Part shown: piece after piece, positions 38,058-46,702 of the stretch
Layout of the letters: the number at the start of each line of letters is the position of its first letter
Position numbering within the stretch: position 1 is the first letter of the stretch
Origin: a bacterium
GTDB taxonomy: Bacteria > Verrucomicrobiota > Kiritimatiellia > CAIKKV01 > CAITUY01
Assembly: GCA_037134355.1 (NCBI GenBank)
Contig: JBAXMJ010000005.1
Location: forward strand, 1 to 53,581
DNA: 53,581 bases
Direction of reading: 5' to 3'
Translations under genes and position numbers: made by a program
The notes under the pieces: model-generated
Databases searched by the model: none
Seen by the model: the letters and a program-made list of their open reading frames with translations, nothing else
Told to the model about the DNA's origin: nothing

Positions 38058-39971
38058 ATGCAGATACAAGAAGCTTTGATCGCCTTGCTGGTTTTAGGTC
38101 CCTTGGTTTTCGGGCTTTTAATGTTAACCGGAATCAAGGGTATTCTCCGGAACGCCGTGGTTGCCATGGCCGGAGTGGTGACCATCGGGGCGGGAGTTGC
38201 CCTTCCCTTCTATAGCGGGGCAACAGCACCCGATGTCGGATTGCCTGCCCTCATCACGACGGCGGGAAATTGGATTGAACCCCTGATTATCCTGACCGTT
38301 CTCGCCATCGGGTTTTCCATTCGCAGTTGGCCGGTTCGGATCATGGCCTTGATCCAGTTGGGACTTTGCGGAGCTGGGCTGATCATGGCCCGTCATGAAG
38401 CCGTCGAGGAAACCAAGCTGGTGGTGGACTCCCTGGCCCTGATTATGGTTCTCATTGTTTCGGTGATCGGAAGCCTGATTGCCCTGTATGGCATCGGCTA
38501 TATGAACGTCCATGAACACCATGCCCCCGCCACGGCGACCTCGACCAACCGGTTTTTCTTCGTTTTGATCTCTTTCCTGGGCCTGATGAATGGACTGGTT
38601 CTGGTGGATAACATGAAGTGGCTGTCGATTTTCTGGGAAGGCACCACGCTCTGCTCCTTCTTTTTGATCGGACATGACGGAACGACCGAGGCGAAGGCGA
38701 GCGCCCGCCGGGCCATCACGATTAATGTTTTCGGCGGATTAGCGATGTCGCTAGGTGTTTTTCTGGCGGCCCACACGGCCGGCTCTGAAAGTTTATCAGT
38801 AGTCCTGACCAAGGGGCCCCTGATTCTACTACCCCTCGGATTGTTTGCGCTGGCCACGATGACCAAATCGGCTCAATTGCCCTTCCAGAGCTGGTTGCTG
38901 GGCGCAATGGTCGCCCCCACGCCGGTTTCGGCTCTCCTTCATTCCAGCACCATGGTCAAGGCGGGATCTTATCTCATTCTCCGTCTGGCCCCGTCCCTTC
39001 AGGGAACCCCTCTGGCCCCCGTCATCGCCATTGCGGGAGCCTTCACCTTCGTCGTCACCAGCGCCCTGGCAGTCGGACAAAGCAACGGCAAAAAGGTGTT
39101 GGCATATTCCACCATCGCCAATCTGGGCTTGATCGCCTGTTGCGCCGGTATCGGCACTCCCCTTGCCTATGCCGCCGGAGTGACCATCCTGATCTACCAC
39201 GCTGTATCCAAAGCCCTGCTTTTCCTGTGCGTGGGTACGATTGAGCAGACGATCGGCAGTCGCGACATCGAGGATATGGGCGGACTGCTCTTCAAGATGC
39301 CGCTGACCACCAATGTTGCCATGATCGGAATGGCCTCGATGATGATGCCGCCCTTTGGCATGCTGGTCGGGAAATGGATGGCTATCGAAGCGGCGGTCCG
39401 GAATCCAGTGGTACTGATTCTGCTTGTTCTGGGTAGCGCCCTGACGATCTTCTTCTGGGCAAAATGGCTGGGCCGTATCACCACGACCTCTTATCACGAG
39501 ACCTACAAAATCGAGACCGTCAGCCCCTGGATGCTCTCCGTCCTGACCTTGATTGGAACGGGTGTGATCGCGATTTCTGTCTGTGCGACGCTGATCTATG
39601 CCAAGGTGATCAAGCCCATCAGCCTGGCTACATTCGGCATGGACACCTGCCCGGGCAACATCTCGATCCTCGATTCGGTTCATTCCTTTTTAGGATGGCC
39701 GATGTATGTGGTTTTTGGAACGATCGTACTGGCCCTGCTCGCCGGGGTACTGCTCTTCAAGCCCTCCCAGATCCGCCTGCCGTTCCTATGCGGCGAAAAC
39801 CTGGATCTTGACGATCACAGCTTTACATTCCGGGGCATCGCAGACGCTCCAACGTCGGCGGCGCTGACCAGCTATTATCTCCCGTTGTTTGAGGAATCTA
39901 AAATTACCAGCTGGGGCAATCCCCTGGCAGCCTTGATCATTCTGAGCCTATTTGGAGTACTGTTCATATGA
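38058..39971 (+). CDS. echA: Ech hydrogenase antiporter-like subunit A
   Basis: KSAQLPFQSWLLGAMVAPTPVSALLHSSTMVKAG; first gene in the echABCDEF order. Confidence 0.92.
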   Translation: MQIQEALIALLVLGPLVFGLLMLTGIKGILRNAVVAMAGVVTIGAGVALPFYSGATAPDVGLPALITTAGNWIEPLIILTVLAIGFSIRSWPVRIMALIQLGLCGAGLIMARHEAVEETKLVVDSLALIMVLIVSVIGSLIALYGIGYMNVHEHHAPATATSTNRFFFVLISFLGLMNGLVLVDNMKWLSIFWEGTTLCSFFLIGHDGTTEAKASARRAITINVFGGLAMSLGVFLAAHTAGSESLSVVLTKGPLILLPLGLFALATMTKSAQLPFQSWLLGAMVAPTPVSALLHSSTMVKAGSYLILRLAPSLQGTPLAPVIAIAGAFTFVVTSALAVGQSNGKKVLAYSTIANLGLIACCAGIGTPLAYAAGVTILIYHAVSKALLFLCVGTIEQTIGSRDIEDMGGLLFKMPLTTNVAMIGMASMMMPPFGMLVGKWMAIEAAVRNPVVLILLVLGSALTIFFWAKWLGRITTTSYHETYKIETVSPWMLSVLTLIGTGVIAISVCATLIYAKVIKPISLATFGMDTCPGNISILDSVHSFLGWPMYVVFGTIVLALLAGVLLFKPSQIRLPFLCGENLDLDDHSFTFRGIADAPTSAALTSYYLPLFEESKITSWGNPLAALIILSLFGVLFI

Positions 39972-40834
39972 CTATTCCCACAACACCCCTGACTCTGGTT
40001 CTGGCAATTCTTGTGGCTCCCTTTTTCGGAGCCCTACTCTCCGGCATTGACCGCCGGATCACGGCGCGCGCCCAGGGCCGCATGGGTCCCCCCATCCTGC
40101 AACCGGTCTATGACACCATCAAATTGTTTCGGAAGGAACCCATCCTGCTCAACTGGATGCAAATCGTCTACGCCTACCTGCACCTTCTATTCATGGTCAT
40201 GGCGTTTCTGATGCTTGTATTCGGGAAAGACAGCCTGATGTTCCTGTTTGTCTTCGCCTTTTCCACCCTGGCTCTTGTTCTGGGGGGAATGTGCGTGCGC
40301 TCGCCCTACAGCCGCATCGGAAGCCAGCGCGAGATTATGCTGATGGTGGCCTACGAACCGATCCTGATTCTCATCATGATCGGATTTTATATGGTTAACA
40401 ACCACAGCTTCCTGCTCTCCGCACCCCTGTCGGCTGCGCGCCCGATGCTCCTTTCTTTACCTCTTCTTTTCGTAGCCTTCCTGGTCGTGCTGGCCATCAA
40501 GCTTCACAAATCCCCGTTCGATATCGCCACATCCCATCACGCCCACCAGGAAATTGTGAAGGGGATCACGATCGAATACTCGGGCCCCCATCTGGCTATC
40601 CTGGAAGTCGCCCACTTCTATGAAATGGCCCTTCTGTTTTGCTTTATCGTGCTGTTCTGGGCGTCCCCCATCTGGATCGGAATTCTTCTGGCAAGTGCCA
40701 GTTTCTTCCTGATGACGGTCGTCGATAACGCCTTCGCCCGCTTGACTAAAATGTGGATTTTCAAATTCATGTGGACCAGCGTGCTGCTGCTCGCCATGAC
40801 TAACGTTATCTTGCTCTACTGGGCTTCAAAGTAA
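39968..40834 (+). CDS. echB: Ech hydrogenase membrane subunit B (NuoH-like)
   Basis: GIDR.ITAR.QGR.GPP.LQP, KSPFD...SHHAHQE.VKG...EYSG. Confidence 0.93.
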   Translation: MTIPTTPLTLVLAILVAPFFGALLSGIDRRITARAQGRMGPPILQPVYDTIKLFRKEPILLNWMQIVYAYLHLLFMVMAFLMLVFGKDSLMFLFVFAFSTLALVLGGMCVRSPYSRIGSQREIMLMVAYEPILILIMIGFYMVNNHSFLLSAPLSAARPMLLSLPLLFVAFLVVLAIKLHKSPFDIATSHHAHQEIVKGITIEYSGPHLAILEVAHFYEMALLFCFIVLFWASPIWIGILLASASFFLMTVVDNAFARLTKMWIFKFMWTSVLLLAMTNVILLYWASK

Positions 40835-40846
40835 GAAAGGCCAACC

Positions 40847-41365
40847 ATGACCGTCGTTCCAAAATTCAACAAATCACCCTGGGTGGTTCACTTCAATTGC
40901 AACAGTTGCAATGGGTGCGACATTGAGTTCCTCGCCTGCCTGACCCCGCTTTATGATCTCGAGCGCTTTGGAATCCTGCATGTCGGGAATCCCAAGCACG
41001 CCGACGTCCTCGTAGTCACCGGATCCGTCAATCACCGGAATGCGCGCGTCCTGAAAAACGTATATGACCAGATGCCCGACCCCAAAGTGGTGGTGGCCAT
41101 GGGCGTGTGCGCCTCGACCGGGGGGATTTTCGCCGATGGCTACAATGTGCTGGGCGGAGTGGACAAGGTGATCCCGGTGGATGTCTTTGTTCCCGGCTGT
41201 CCGGCGCGGCCCGAAGCCATGATTGATGGTGTCCTCAAGGGCGCTCAGGTTCTTCAGGCTAAACACAGCGGAAAAACACCGCTGGCGGAAAAAAATGTGC
41301 TCACCCGAACCCCCACCCCCTTCGCTGCCCCTGCAGTGTTGGAGAAAGGCGCTTCCCATGCTTAA
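40847..41365 (+). CDS. echC: Ech hydrogenase small subunit C
   Basis: SCNGCDIE, GNPKHAD, G.CA..GG, PGCP.RPE. Confidence 0.94.
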   Translation: MTVVPKFNKSPWVVHFNCNSCNGCDIEFLACLTPLYDLERFGILHVGNPKHADVLVVTGSVNHRNARVLKNVYDQMPDPKVVVAMGVCASTGGIFADGYNVLGGVDKVIPVDVFVPGCPARPEAMIDGVLKGAQVLQAKHSGKTPLAEKNVLTRTPTPFAAPAVLEKGASHA

Positions 41366-41768
41366 TCATGTTTCAGAAATAACCCTTGATCAGATTTCCA
41401 CCGAAGTGTGGAAGCTGAAACAGGACGGGCACCGGTTCGTGACCATGACCTGTTGCGACCGGGGCGAAACCCACGACATTCTCTATCATTTTGACAAAAA
41501 TTATGAATTGAAGCACCTTCGGGTCGCCCTTCCGAAAGGCACGGCGCTTCCCAGTATCTCAGCCCTTTTCTTTGCCGCACTTCTGGTTGAAAACGAAATG
41601 AAGGATCTCATGGGCGTCCAGGTGAGCGGAATGGCCATTGATTTCCAAGGGCGGTTCATGCTGGCCGAGGGCGCGCCGGTCGCGCCTCTGAATAAATCGA
41701 TTCCCGGAATCGGCATTCAAATACAAGACAAGACCCCCTCCGCCCCGGAAGGAACGGTAAAATCATGA
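41358..41768 (+). CDS. echD: Ech hydrogenase subunit D (start 41358)
   Basis: RFVTMTC, YHFD, PSIS..F..A.LVENE.KDL.G, IDF.G. Confidence 0.9.
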   Translation: MLNHVSEITLDQISTEVWKLKQDGHRFVTMTCCDRGETHDILYHFDKNYELKHLRVALPKGTALPSISALFFAALLVENEMKDLMGVQVSGMAIDFQGRFMLAEGAPVAPLNKSIPGIGIQIQDKTPSAPEGTVKS

Positions 41769-42847
41769 TTCGTCGCAATACTATTCCCTTTGGCCCCCAG
41801 CACCCGGTTCTTCCGGAGCCCATCCAGCTCCATCTGGTGATGGAAAACGAAAAGATCATTCAAGCACTCCCTGCGGTTGGGTATATCCACCGTGGACTCG
41901 AAAAAATCGCCGAGAAGAAAGACTACATTCAGGACGTCTATCTGGCGGAGCGCATTTGCGGGATCTGCAGTTTCATGCATTCCCAGAACTACTGTCAGGG
42001 TATTGAGGAACTGATGAAGGTTCAGATTCCCGACCGCGCCAAGTACCTGCGCGTGATCTGGGCCGAAACGCATCGTATTCACAGTCATTTGCTTATCCTC
42101 GGCCTGCTGGCCGATGCGTTCGGGTTTGAGAACCTGTTTATGCGCCTCTGGAAGGTGCGTGAACAGATCCTCAATATCATGGAAAAAACAACGGGGGCAC
42201 GCGTCATCCTTGGCGTCTGCGCTATCGGCGGCGTCAAGCGCGACATTACCCCAGAACTGAGCGATTATATCCTGCGCGAACTGGAAGCCGTTGAGAAACA
42301 GCTTCCCGAGCTGATGGATTCCCTGCTCAAGGACTATAGCGTTAAACAGCGCCTGATCGGCGTTGGCGTCCTCCCGAAGGATAAAGCCCACGAACTGGGC
42401 GCGGTGGGGCCTGTAGCTCGCGCCAGCGGTCTGAGAATGGATCTCCGTGAGACCGGTTACGCCGCCTATGGCGATCTGGACTTCAAAATGGTGGTCGGGG
42501 AGGCGGGCGACTGCTATGACCGAACCATGGTTCGGGTGAAGGAGCTTTACACCTCGCTCGACCTGATCCGCACCGCCCTCAAGCGCATGCCCCAGGGGCC
42601 GATCTCAGTCGCGGTCAAGGGAAGCCCCCCCGCCGACGAGGTACTCGCCCGGATCGAACAGCCGCGTGGCGAATTGAACTTCTATATTCGTGGAAATGGA
42701 ACGCGGAATCTGGAACGCTTCCGGGTCCGGACCCCGACTTTCGCCAATCTCCCGGCCCTGCTACACCAGCTGACAGGCTGCGAGCTGGCGGACGTCCCGG
42801 TGATTGCCATTTGTATTGACCCCTGCATCAGCTGTACGGAGCGATAA
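41765..42847 (+). CDS. echE: Ech [NiFe]-hydrogenase large subunit E (group 4e)
   Basis: PFGPQHPVLPEP, ERICGICS, DPCISCTER-stop; no cleavable C-terminal extension. Confidence 0.96.
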   Translation: MIRRNTIPFGPQHPVLPEPIQLHLVMENEKIIQALPAVGYIHRGLEKIAEKKDYIQDVYLAERICGICSFMHSQNYCQGIEELMKVQIPDRAKYLRVIWAETHRIHSHLLILGLLADAFGFENLFMRLWKVREQILNIMEKTTGARVILGVCAIGGVKRDITPELSDYILRELEAVEKQLPELMDSLLKDYSVKQRLIGVGVLPKDKAHELGAVGPVARASGLRMDLRETGYAAYGDLDFKMVVGEAGDCYDRTMVRVKELYTSLDLIRTALKRMPQGPISVAVKGSPPADEVLARIEQPRGELNFYIRGNGTRNLERFRVRTPTFANLPALLHQLTGCELADVPVIAICIDPCISCTER

Positions 42848-42851
42848 AATT

Positions 42852-43154
42852 ATGGTTAACCTCATCAATAGTATTTTCCGGAAACTTACGACTCCCACAG
42901 AGTGCCTTCGCTATCCCTTCGTGAAACGGGAGTTGCCCGAAGGAACGCGCGGCCGGATCGACATCGAGATCGACAAGTGCACCTTCTGCGGAGCCTGCGA
43001 GAAGCGGTGCCCGTCAAATGCGCTTAAGGTGACCCGCGATCCCAAGTCGTGGACCTTGAACCCCTACTCCTGCATCATCTGCGGGTATTGCATCGAAGTG
43101 TGCCCCAAGAAGTGCATCATCGCGCACAAGGAACACTACTCACCGAACGTGTGA
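42852..43154 (+). CDS. echF: Ech hydrogenase 2x[4Fe-4S] subunit F (start 42852)
   Basis: YPF..R....TRG, CTFCGACEKRCP, CIICGYCIEVCPK. Confidence 0.93.
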   Translation: MVNLINSIFRKLTTPTECLRYPFVKRELPEGTRGRIDIEIDKCTFCGACEKRCPSNALKVTRDPKSWTLNPYSCIICGYCIEVCPKKCIIAHKEHYSPNV

Positions 43155-43165
43155 GTTGATACTCA

Positions 43166-43245
43166 TCGTAATCGTAATCCTAATCGTAATCTTAATCCTC
43201 ACGCTGCAAAGAGGATTACGATTAAGATTATGATTAAGATTACGA
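43166..43245. repeat. Inverted array of 6-mers, (TAATCN)x5, 10-nt loop, (NGATTA)x5; possible bidirectional terminator between echF and bioB
   Basis: TCG TAATCG TAATCC TAATCG TAATCT TAATCC TC / GA GGATTA CGATTA AGATTA TGATTA AGATTA CGA. Confidence 0.88.
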
Positions 43246-43254
43246 GTCCGAAGA

Positions 43255-44259
43255 TCACGCATCCGTGATTTCAACCACCTCGAACCCGGCCATGTCCAGC
43301 ATGCGTCTGTCCGCCTGGTAGCCTTGCCCCGGCGTGGTCAGATAGCCTGAGGTAAACATCGAGTTGGCCGGATAGAGCGCCAGCACCTGCAACGGGCCGA
43401 GACAGGCTTCCCGTCCCCCGGCAATCCTGATCTCCCGGGAAGGATGAACAAACCGGAACATGGCCAGGGTGCGCAACACGTCGCCCGATGAAATTCGGGG
43501 ACGATTCATAAGCCCTGTTCCCGGACGGGGATCCAGAAAGTTCAAGGGGATAGAGTCCGCTTTTACGCCACGCATGGCCAACGCCAGATCCACCCGATCC
43601 TCCTGAGTCTCCCCCATCCCCATCAGACCGCCACTGCAAAGCTCCATGCCGGCCGCCTTCACCCGTGCTGCCGTGGCCTTTCGTTCCGCGTAAGTGTGGG
43701 TCGTGCAAATGGATGGAAAGAACCGTTCCGAGGATTCCAGATTGTGATTGTACCGGTCCACTCCTGCGGCCTTGAGTTCCGCCGCCTGCTCATTATTCAG
43801 GATTCCCAACGACACACAGATTGACAACGGGTACTCACGCTTAATCCGCCGGACCGCCCGGATGATGCGGTCAAGATCCTCCCGAACCGGGGATCGCCCG
43901 CTGGAGACGATGCAATAGCGGATGGCACCCATGGCCTGGGCTTCTTTCGCTCCCTGAAGCAGCTCCTCCTCGCTCTGGAGCGGATAACAGGGCACCTCGC
44001 CCGTGCTGGCGCTGGATTGACTGCAGTAGGCGCAATCCTCGCTGCAACCCCCGCTTTTGGCGTTACGGATGACATGGAGACTGACTTTCCGGCCAAAATG
44101 ACGCAGACGAACCAAGAATGCGGCGTGCAACACACTCAGGAGTTCATTCTTGTCGGAATGAAGAATCGCCAAAGCCTCATCATGTTGAATCTCGTCTCCC
44201 GCCAACACGCGGCGGCTCATGGCAACCCAATCATTTTTCGCATCATGTAAAGTAGTCAT
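43255..44259 (-). CDS. bioB: Biotin synthase
   Basis: NAKSGGCSEDCAYCSQS, YNHNLE, ELCSGG, R.AGGRE, YLTT.G. Confidence 0.96.
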   Translation of the reverse strand: MTTLHDAKNDWVAMSRRVLAGDEIQHDEALAILHSDKNELLSVLHAAFLVRLRHFGRKVSLHVIRNAKSGGCSEDCAYCSQSSASTGEVPCYPLQSEEELLQGAKEAQAMGAIRYCIVSSGRSPVREDLDRIIRAVRRIKREYPLSICVSLGILNNEQAAELKAAGVDRYNHNLESSERFFPSICTTHTYAERKATAARVKAAGMELCSGGLMGMGETQEDRVDLALAMRGVKADSIPLNFLDPRPGTGLMNRPRISSGDVLRTLAMFRFVHPSREIRIAGGREACLGPLQVLALYPANSMFTSGYLTTPGQGYQADRRMLDMAGFEVVEITDA

Positions 44260-44318
44260 AAGCGGCCATTATGGCTCCTCTCTTGCATTCTCATCAACTG
44301 TTTTGTATTCCTCTGTGC

Positions 44319-45665
44319 ATGTCGACAGCGAGCCTCCCAACCTTAATCGTCAAACGAAACGGCAATCTGGTTGCCTATGACCGCGAGCGCATCACCACGG
44401 CGATTTTCAAAGCTACCGCTTCGACAAAAACACCGGATCGGAAACTGGCGGAATCTCTGTCTGCAAAGGTCGAGGAAACCCTTCTAGCCGCCTATCACGG
44501 CGCCATGTTGCCCTCTGTTGAGGACATCCAGGATATTGTCGAAAAGGTCCTGATCGAAAACCGGCAAACCAAGCTGGCGCAGAATTACATCGCCTATCGC
44601 CGGGAACGCGCCATGCTTCGGGCTACCAAGGCCTATTCCTTTGAAGTGACGGATAACATACCCTACAAGAAGATTTACGAAATCCTGCTGTGGAACATGG
44701 CGCATCGCTGCGAGAGTGTCGAATCCCTGAATGACCTAATCCGCAAAGGACACTTTGCCGATCTTGTCCGGGCGGCGGAGGATCGGTTTGCTGCAGAGGC
44801 CGGGCTAGCCGCCGAGGCAATGCTCGCGAGAGCTAAGGATCTCCGGCTGGTCATCATCGCCGGCCCCTCCTCCTCGGGCAAGACCACCACCACCATCAAG
44901 ATCGGAGAAGCCCTCCAGGCTGTGGGACTGAGTCTCAAGGCCATCAACATCGACAACTACTTCTTTGACCTCGTTAAGCACCCGCGGGATGAGTTCGGGG
45001 ATTATGACTATGAGAGTCCCCAGTCCCTCGACCTCGATTTGATCAATGCCCACCTGGGTGATTTGCTAGCCGGAAAAACGGTTAAAACACCCTTCTACAA
45101 CTTTAAGACCGGGATTCGGACGCTGGATGTCAATGAAATGCGTCTGGCTGACAATGAAATCCTCCTGCTCGACAGCCTTCATGGCCTTTATGACGACATG
45201 ACCCGGGCGGTTCCTGCAAACCATAAATACCGGCTTTATGTTGAAACCCTGGGCCAATTACGGACAGCCGACGGCACGTTCATGAGGTGGGCCGACAACC
45301 GGCTCCTGAGGCGGATGCTTCGCGATAAGAACCACCGTAATCTCCAGCCCATGGGGACACTCACCCACTGGCACTATGTCCGGCGAAGCGAGCTCAAATA
45401 CATTATTCCTTTCATCGCCCATGCTGATTTCGTGCTGAATACCGCACTGCCCTATGAGCTTCCCGTTTTGAAGGCACGGCTGTGGGACTTCATTCCGGAA
45501 GCCATGGAACGTTTCCGCCAGGATCCAAACCGGCAGGACGCCTTTGTGCGGGCCAAGCGGGTTCATGACCTTCTGGCCCCCATCGAGGCCGTCCAGGATG
45601 ACCGGATTATTCCGGGAAATTCACTGTTGCGCGAATTCATCGGCGGAAGTGAATACCAATACTGA
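44319..45665 (+). CDS. ATP-cone domain fused to a uridine kinase/PRK-like P-loop kinase (start 44319)
   Basis: IVKRNG.L..YD.ERI..AI, VEDIQDIVE..L, Y..YR..R; AGPSSSGKTT, RLLRRM.RD. Confidence 0.85.
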   Translation: MSTASLPTLIVKRNGNLVAYDRERITTAIFKATASTKTPDRKLAESLSAKVEETLLAAYHGAMLPSVEDIQDIVEKVLIENRQTKLAQNYIAYRRERAMLRATKAYSFEVTDNIPYKKIYEILLWNMAHRCESVESLNDLIRKGHFADLVRAAEDRFAAEAGLAAEAMLARAKDLRLVIIAGPSSSGKTTTTIKIGEALQAVGLSLKAINIDNYFFDLVKHPRDEFGDYDYESPQSLDLDLINAHLGDLLAGKTVKTPFYNFKTGIRTLDVNEMRLADNEILLLDSLHGLYDDMTRAVPANHKYRLYVETLGQLRTADGTFMRWADNRLLRRMLRDKNHRNLQPMGTLTHWHYVRRSELKYIIPFIAHADFVLNTALPYELPVLKARLWDFIPEAMERFRQDPNRQDAFVRAKRVHDLLAPIEAVQDDRIIPGNSLLREFIGGSEYQY

Positions 45666-45678
45666 CAGGAGTTTCCTC

Positions 45679-46674
45679 ATGATTCTGGTAGTGAGTTTAT
45701 CGCCGAGCTGGCAACGCACGTTGGTCTTTCCGAAATTTTCGCCGGGTGAAGTCAATCGCGCCACTGATGTGATTGAAACCGCCTCAGGCAAAGGCGTAAA
45801 TGTGGCGCGAGTGGCAACGCAGTTAGGCGCAAAAGTCCGGCTACTGACCACGGCGGGGGGGCCCCGCGGCACATTGTTTCGGAAAGCACTGAAGATCGAT
45901 GGCGTTCCCGCCACGATTATTTCAACGGCCGGGGAAACACGACTCTGCCAGACACTTATTGGACTCGCGAATACCCCTCACCTAAATCCTCTCCCACAAG
46001 GGGAGAGGAAATACGAAGTTACTCTGCACCCTCTCCCCTTGCGGGAGAGGGCTGGGGTGAGGGGTTCTGTCCCGATCATCACCGAGCTTGTCGAACCCCC
46101 CGCCACCCTGAACCCTGCCGAAGTCGATGCCGTCCTATCCGCCTATTCGAGGGCGCTACGGAAGGCCTCTCTGGTTGTCTTGATCGGCAGTATCCCCAAA
46201 GGGTGCGGCAATGGGTTTTACGCCAAACTGACGAGACAGGCGAATCGACTCCACATTCCGGTTCTTGTGGATGCCCAGAGAGAGCTTTTGATCCAGGGCA
46301 TCCGGGAGCACCCCAGTCTGGTCAAAATCAACCGGGCTGAACTCGCTGAAGCCACAGGAACAACGAATCTGGCCGGGGGGGTCAAGCAACTTACAAAGTG
46401 GGGCGCCAAACAGATCGTCATCACACAAGGCTCCAAACCCGCCATCGCTTTTGACGGCAAGGGTTCCTGGAAAATCATTCCGCCAAAAATCGATGTGGTG
46501 AATTCAACAGGCTGCGGTGACGCCATGATGGCAGGAATCGCAACCGGCCTGCACCAAGGGAAAAGTCTCGAGAACGCCCTTAAATTAGGCGTAGCCTGCG
46601 GTGCCGCCAATGCCATGACCGTAAAATCAGGGGATTTGCGCCTGCGGGATGTCCGCAAACTCTCCCTCCCGTAA
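45679..46674 (+). CDS. 1-phosphofructokinase-like PfkB carbohydrate kinase (start 45679) with an in-frame repeat insertion
   Basis: SGKGVNVAR, GETR, KIN..EL, TQG..., NSTGCGDAMMAG; AGGAG RBS. Confidence 0.88.
   Translation: MILVVSLSPSWQRTLVFPKFSPGEVNRATDVIETASGKGVNVARVATQLGAKVRLLTTAGGPRGTLFRKALKIDGVPATIISTAGETRLCQTLIGLANTPHLNPLPQGERKYEVTLHPLPLRERAGVRGSVPIITELVEPPATLNPAEVDAVLSAYSRALRKASLVVLIGSIPKGCGNGFYAKLTRQANRLHIPVLVDAQRELLIQGIREHPSLVKINRAELAEATGTTNLAGGVKQLTKWGAKQIVITQGSKPAIAFDGKGSWKIIPPKIDVVNSTGCGDAMMAGIATGLHQGKSLENALKLGVACGAANAMTVKSGDLRLRDVRKLSLP
45973..46065. repeat. REP-like palindromic element (93 bp) inside the PfkB coding sequence
   Basis: ACCCCTCACC-TAAAT-CCTCTCCC-ACAA-GGGGAGAGG ... 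CCTCTCCCC-TTGC-GGGAGAGG-GCTGG-GGTGAGGGGT. Confidence 0.9.
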
Positions 46675-46702
46675 TTACCACCACGGCCCGGGATCAACAC
46701 CC

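Noticed and set aside
43166-43245. CRISPR array (also considered for 6281-6361 and 5491-5656)
   Set aside because: The units are 6-7 bp or simple inverted pairs, with no unique spacers and no cas genes.
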